Part shown: in pieces, positions 54,296 through 58,299 of the stretch
Layout of the letters: each line of letters begins with the position of its first letter
Numbering within the stretch: the first letter of the stretch is position 1
Source of the DNA: Candidatus Eiseniibacteriota bacterium
GTDB lineage: Bacteria; Patescibacteriota; Microgenomatia; Levybacterales; UBA12049
DNA: 58,299 bases
Assembly (NCBI GenBank): GCA_035631115.1
Contig: DASQJJ010000051.1
Coordinates: 1-58,299 of the forward strand
Direction of reading: 5' to 3'
Notes under the pieces: generated by a model
Seen by the model: the letters and a program-made list of their open reading frames with translations, nothing else
What the model was told of the DNA's origin: nothing
The model's database searches: none
Program-made: the position numbers and the translations under genes

Positions 54296-56719
54296 ATGAA
54301 ACTTCCTTTTGCGAGTCTTTTTCAAAAAAAAGAACCTGCTGATTATTTTCTTGCGCTATTATTTCGAGACGAAGAAATTCATGCTGTTGTTTTTGAACAA
54401 ATCAACAATAGAGTACAGGTTGTTGGCCAGGGCAAAACAAAGCTTTCTACATCTCTAGATAGAGCATCTGACGAAATGTTGCTAGACAGCTGCGACCGCG
54501 CAATTAGCGTTGCCGAAGAAAGTCTTCCTAATGGAGTTACTACACACAAGACTGTCTTTGGCGTTAAGGAAACATGGGTAGAAGACACACATATTACGCA
54601 ACAGTATTTGTCCAGGCTTAAAACAATTAGCGAGCAATTAGACCTTAAGCCTATTGGATTTCTCGTATTTCCCGAGGCAATTGCCCATCTTCTTCAAAGA
54701 GAAGAGGGAGCACCAGTCTCTGCAATTCTTGTAGAGTTGGGAGCAAAGCAAGCAAGTATTACCCTTATTCGTGCAGGGCGAATTGTTGGCACAAAAGAAG
54801 TACAACTGGAAGAATCTGCAATGGCAACAGTAGAAAATGCATTAAGACAATTTGAAAATGTAGAAATACTTCCATCAAGAATTGTTTTATTTAATACAGG
54901 GGATAATAGTGTGGAGAAAAAATTTCTTACTCACAAGTGGAGTAAGTCACTTCCCTTTTTACACGTCCCGCAAGTTACCACATTACCTGGAGACTTTGAT
55001 ACACGCGCCATTCTCTTTGGCACTGCAACACAAATGGGTCTGGATGCAATAGATTTAGTAAAACAACCACTTAAAAAAGCAGAGGAATTTTTTGAAGAAC
55101 CTAGTGAAACAAAAGAACCAGAAGAAACAAAAGAAGAAGAAACCGTCATTCTGGGGAGTGAAACGACTCCAGAATCTACAAAAGAACTTGAAGAAGATGC
55201 TGGACAAGCCAGCATGACGAATGAAGACGAGCGACAGGCCCCCGCGTCTGAAGACAAAGAGAAAGAAGAACTGGAAGAAGTCTCTGGCAAAGACACATCG
55301 GAATACTTTGGATTTGTAAAAGGCACAGATATTGCCCAAAAAATAGACCATCCTCACACAACTTCCCTTCCATCCAAAGATATAGACGAGATAACAGCAG
55401 AAATTCCAGAAGAAGAAAAAGAAGAAGAGTTGGCAGGAAGTGCTCCAGGATTTAGTATGGCAGGACCAATTTTTGTAGAAGGTGCAAAAAAAGTATATGC
55501 TCAAGTAAGAAGATTTCTTCCAAGACAATTTACCCTCGCACCAGTTATGAATCTTTTTTCTGGACTCCCCAAAGGAAATGGAGGAATACCGAAGCTTTTT
55601 ATATTTGTACCACTTGCTATTGTTGTCGTAGTACTTCTTTTTCTATGGTATATTTTTTCTCTTCATGCAAAAGTAACAATTTTCCTAACCCCCAAAACAA
55701 TTTCCCAGGATAAGAGTGTTACTTTTACAACAACTGGGTCAACAGATGCTTCCAAAAATCTTATTGCTGCAGATAGTGTTACAACAACAGAAGATGGAAA
55801 AGTGTCGGGCAATGCAACTGGGACAAAAGATGTTGGCACTCCTGCAAAAGGGACGGTTACTGTATTTAATAGCGATGATTCTTCTCACACTTTGTCCTCT
55901 GGCACTACCATTACGTCCAGTAGCGGACCAAAATTTACTCTGGATAAAGATGTTACAGTTGCATCTGCATCCTCTGACCCATTTGAAGGAACCAAGCCTT
56001 CTACGGCAGACGTCCCAGTAACAGCAAGTAGTATTGGGACAGAATCCAATCTTCCTTCTAATACAAAATTCACAATTTCTGGGACTAGTGTATTAGCAGC
56101 AAAAAATGCAAATGCTTTCTCTGGTGGTACAAAAAAATCCATAACTGTTGTGAGTCAAAAGGATTTAGATACCCTAACAGCTCAACTAACCGACAACTTA
56201 AAAGATAAAGCAAAATCAGATTTACAAAGCAAGGTATCTGGAGATGCAGTAATTCTTCCAGACTTTACAAAAACAGCTCCAACCAAAACACTTTTCGATA
56301 AAAAGGTTGGGGATGAAAGCAGTAGTATTAATTTAGACGGCTCGATTACCTACACAACAATCTCGTATAAAAAGTCTGATATAGAGAATTACACAAAATC
56401 TGCATTGTCTGGACAGCTGCCAAGTGACCTTACGTTGTCTCAGGAAGGTATTACGTATTCTGTAAAAGATATGACAACAAAAGACGATACCACAAAAGCA
56501 ACGCTGAGTCTTAAGGCACTGCTTATTCCAACTCTCGATACCAAAACCTTAGCCTCTCAAATTGCTGGAAAATCGTTTGATCAAGCACGAGATATTTTAT
56601 CTGCAACGCCACAATTTTCGGATGTTACCACAACGCTTTCGCCCAATCTTTTCTTTTTGCCAAAAGTGCTTCCCCGACTCTCCGGGAATATTACCATTAC
56701 CATAGTTGCTCATGAGTAA
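54296..56719 (+). CDS. large bitopic membrane protein: actin-fold (FtsA/PilM-like) N-domain, acidic linker, TM, S/T-rich extracytoplasmic domain
   Basis: N-domain has SAILVELGAKQASITLIRAGRIVGTKEV. TM is LFIFVPLAIVVVVLLFLWYIFSL. The domain assignment is my reading only. Confidence 0.75.
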   Translation: MKLPFASLFQKKEPADYFLALLFRDEEIHAVVFEQINNRVQVVGQGKTKLSTSLDRASDEMLLDSCDRAISVAEESLPNGVTTHKTVFGVKETWVEDTHITQQYLSRLKTISEQLDLKPIGFLVFPEAIAHLLQREEGAPVSAILVELGAKQASITLIRAGRIVGTKEVQLEESAMATVENALRQFENVEILPSRIVLFNTGDNSVEKKFLTHKWSKSLPFLHVPQVTTLPGDFDTRAILFGTATQMGLDAIDLVKQPLKKAEEFFEEPSETKEPEETKEEETVILGSETTPESTKELEEDAGQASMTNEDERQAPASEDKEKEELEEVSGKDTSEYFGFVKGTDIAQKIDHPHTTSLPSKDIDEITAEIPEEEKEEELAGSAPGFSMAGPIFVEGAKKVYAQVRRFLPRQFTLAPVMNLFSGLPKGNGGIPKLFIFVPLAIVVVVLLFLWYIFSLHAKVTIFLTPKTISQDKSVTFTTTGSTDASKNLIAADSVTTTEDGKVSGNATGTKDVGTPAKGTVTVFNSDDSSHTLSSGTTITSSSGPKFTLDKDVTVASASSDPFEGTKPSTADVPVTASSIGTESNLPSNTKFTISGTSVLAAKNANAFSGGTKKSITVVSQKDLDTLTAQLTDNLKDKAKSDLQSKVSGDAVILPDFTKTAPTKTLFDKKVGDESSSINLDGSITYTTISYKKSDIENYTKSALSGQLPSDLTLSQEGITYSVKDMTTKDDTTKATLSLKALLIPTLDTKTLASQIAGKSFDQARDILSATPQFSDVTTTLSPNLFFLPKVLPRLSGNITITIVAHE
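55145..55176. repeat. hairpin repeat GTCATTCTGGGGAGT-GAAACG-ACTCCAGAATC embedded in CDS
   Basis: Stem ATTCTGG(GG)AGT/ACTCCAGAAT. It is translated in frame as VILGSETTPES within the acidic linker. Confidence 0.45.
55197..55219. repeat. hairpin element ATGCTGG-ACAAG-CCAGCAT-GACG embedded in CDS
   Basis: Second copy of the 43535 element, carrying a compensatory T-A to G-C stem change. It is translated as DAGQASMT. Confidence 0.5.
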
Positions 56720-57446
56720 ACACTACTATTACAGTAAAAAAAGGTTGTTAAGCCCAACTTTTTTTGTCCGTGCATTTGGATTTGTACTTTTTAGTCTTGG
56801 CGTCTGTGTAATTGTGTATATTTTTAGTCCACTGGTTATTTGGCAACTAACCCTTGCTCCTGCGTTTGCCAACTCTCAGATTACTGCCCCTATTCCACAA
56901 CGGTCCCTTCTTACTCCAATGACAATTAAAAGTCTCGTGACAACATCTTTACAAAATGTTGCAGGAGTAGACTATACAGATGCATCGAATTGGTTTCCTG
57001 GATATACCATAGGAAAAGGAGCACCAAGTGTCCCTTCATATTTTCTCAGTATTCCAAAGTTAGGAATTTCTAATGCGTATGTCTCAACTGGAGACATAAA
57101 TTTAGCAAGCCATTTAGTAAGTCTTGGCGGGACGTCAATTCCTCCAGAAAAAGGAAACACTGTTATTTTTGGTCATTCAACACTTCCCCAACTATTCAAT
57201 CCAAAAGACTACAAAACAATTTTTGCCAATATGTATAAAATGCAAATAGATGATACCTTTATGACGACAGTAAGTAATGTTGTGTACACATATAAGATTT
57301 TTTCCATAACAGTTGTCGACCCAGAAGATACATCGGTACTTGCCCAGACATATGATGATAGTTATGTTACGCTTATTACCTGTACTCCACCTGGTACTAT
57401 TTGGAAAAGACTTATCATAAAAGCACGATTACAGAAATTAAACTAG
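56706..57446 (+). CDS. sortase family transpeptidase
   Basis: N-terminal TM, catalytic FGHS, and VTLITCTPPG (TLxTC). It overlaps the upstream gene by 14 nt. Confidence 0.7.
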   Translation: MLMSKHYYYSKKRLLSPTFFVRAFGFVLFSLGVCVIVYIFSPLVIWQLTLAPAFANSQITAPIPQRSLLTPMTIKSLVTTSLQNVAGVDYTDASNWFPGYTIGKGAPSVPSYFLSIPKLGISNAYVSTGDINLASHLVSLGGTSIPPEKGNTVIFGHSTLPQLFNPKDYKTIFANMYKMQIDDTFMTTVSNVVYTYKIFSITVVDPEDTSVLAQTYDDSYVTLITCTPPGTIWKRLIIKARLQKLN

Positions 57447-57469
57447 ATTCAAGATTTAAGATTTAAGAA

Positions 57470-57567
57470 GGGGTGGCGCGAGTGGGGGACCCACGAAACC
57501 TTTCTGCAGTGAATGAAATGAACGAAGCAGGTTTTGGGGGTGACGAGTCGACAGGACCCCGACAATA
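57470..57567 (+). promoter_or_regulatory. GC-rich structured leader candidate upstream of the phosphorylase gene
   Basis: Two similar ~28-nt GC boxes (GGGTGGCGCGAGTGGGGGACCCACGAAA and GGGTGACGAGTCGACAGGACCCCGACAA) flank a central hairpin AAACC..TGC..GCAGGTTT. Confidence 0.35.
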
Positions 57568-57570
57568 TAT

Positions 57571-58299
57571 ATGGATGAGAAAACAATTGCAATAGATGCA
57601 ATCAGAAAAAAATTAGTCGGCAAAAATCTTACCTATAAAGAAGTTTTTGCAATTATGGATGAGATTGCACACAATAAGTTGGGTGATGTCCTCACGACCT
57701 ATTTTGCAGCTTCTGGGTACGCAAAAGGGTTTACCGATGAGGAGTTGTACTTTCTCACAAAAGCCATGGTTGAGACAGGAGAAAAAATAACGTGGCATGA
57801 GAAAATTGTTGCAGACAAACATTCTATAGGTGGTGTTCCGGGTACTCGCACAACAATGATTGTTGTACCAATTATCGCTGCTGCAGGATTTCTTATTCCT
57901 AAATCCTCTTCGCGTGCTATTACCACACCCGATGGTACAGCAGATGACATGGAAGTATTGTCAAAGGTGGAATTTAGCAGAGAAGAAATTAAGGAAATTG
58001 TTAAGGCAACAAATGGATGCATTGTCTGGGGAGGGAGCTTTAATATTGCACCAGCAGACGATGTGATGATTCATGTTGAAGCGCCTCTTTTATTTGAAAG
58101 TTATGACAAAATTATTGTTTCTATTATGGCGAAAAAGGTTGCTTTTGGCAGTAATCATGTTGTTATCGATTTGCCCTATGGCAAAACAGTAAAAGTCCAT
58201 AGACATGCAGATGCCGAAGTATTGCGAGATAAATTTTTATTTGTTGCAGAAAAATTTGGAGTAAAAATGCGTGTGTTAATTCACGAAACAGACGAGCCA
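57571..58299 (+). CDS. thymidine/AMP phosphorylase family protein (runs off window end)
   Basis: Own translation gives MDEKTIAIDAIRKKLVGKNLTYKEVFAIMDE...DKHSIGGVPGTRTTMIVVPIIAAAG...SSRAITTPDGTADDMEVL. The frame stays open for 243 codons to the window end. Confidence 0.8.
   Translation, partial: MDEKTIAIDAIRKKLVGKNLTYKEVFAIMDEIAHNKLGDVLTTYFAASGYAKGFTDEELYFLTKAMVETGEKITWHEKIVADKHSIGGVPGTRTTMIVVPIIAAAGFLIPKSSSRAITTPDGTADDMEVLSKVEFSREEIKEIVKATNGCIVWGGSFNIAPADDVMIHVEAPLLFESYDKIIVSIMAKKVAFGSNHVVIDLPYGKTVKVHRHADAEVLRDKFLFVAEKFGVKMRVLIHETDEP

Noticed and set aside
57535-57567. GGGGGTGACGAGTCGACAGGACCCC resembles the conserved 5' end of tmRNA (GGGG...GGnTTCGACnGGG)
   Set aside because: The sequence runs straight into a 243-codon open frame with clear thymidine/AMP phosphorylase motifs. 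No tRNA-like 3' end (T-arm plus CCA-proximal acceptor) or tag ORF follows.

Overview
AT-rich 58.3 kb bacterial window, almost fully coding. The minus strand carries rpoB-rpoC, rpsL-rpsG, fusA, tuf, rpsJ, and then an uninterrupted 32-gene S10/spc/alpha block from rplC to rpsI that includes secY, adk, cmk, map, infA and rpoA. recA, recX, rny, hup, alaS and one tRNA-Pro(GGG) lie at the edges. There is no room for rpmD (L30) between rpsE and rplO. That gap, the many low-complexity ribosomal-protein tails and the many small orphan ORFs suggest a Candidate Phyla Radiation (Patescibacteria) genome; this is an inference I cannot confirm without a search. The usually contiguous rpsG-fusA-tuf-rpsJ-rplC stretch is split by four accessory islands of 1.8 to 5.3 kb. 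I saw no transposase, integrase, CRISPR array or rRNA. The most unusual signals are non-coding: (1) intergenic spacers built from period-7 (one period-8) tandem stop codons that place a stop in every frame; (2) a 172-nt structured element present twice at 96% identity; (3) two families of small hairpin repeats, some embedded in frame in coding sequence, one pair with a compensatory stem change; (4) a promoter-to-terminator mini transcription unit holding a Met-rich 20-codon ORF and a 16S-3'-end-like ACCTCCTTA box; (5) terminator-like hairpins in the tuf and rplC leaders; (6) -10 boxes 6-8 nt upstream of the ATG of at least 13 genes, suggesting leaderless mRNAs; (7) paralogous small Arg/Glu-rich proteins clustered around fusA, one flanked by a 40-bp duplication of the neighbouring promoter and start. 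All functional calls rest on my reading of motifs and gene order. No database search was run.
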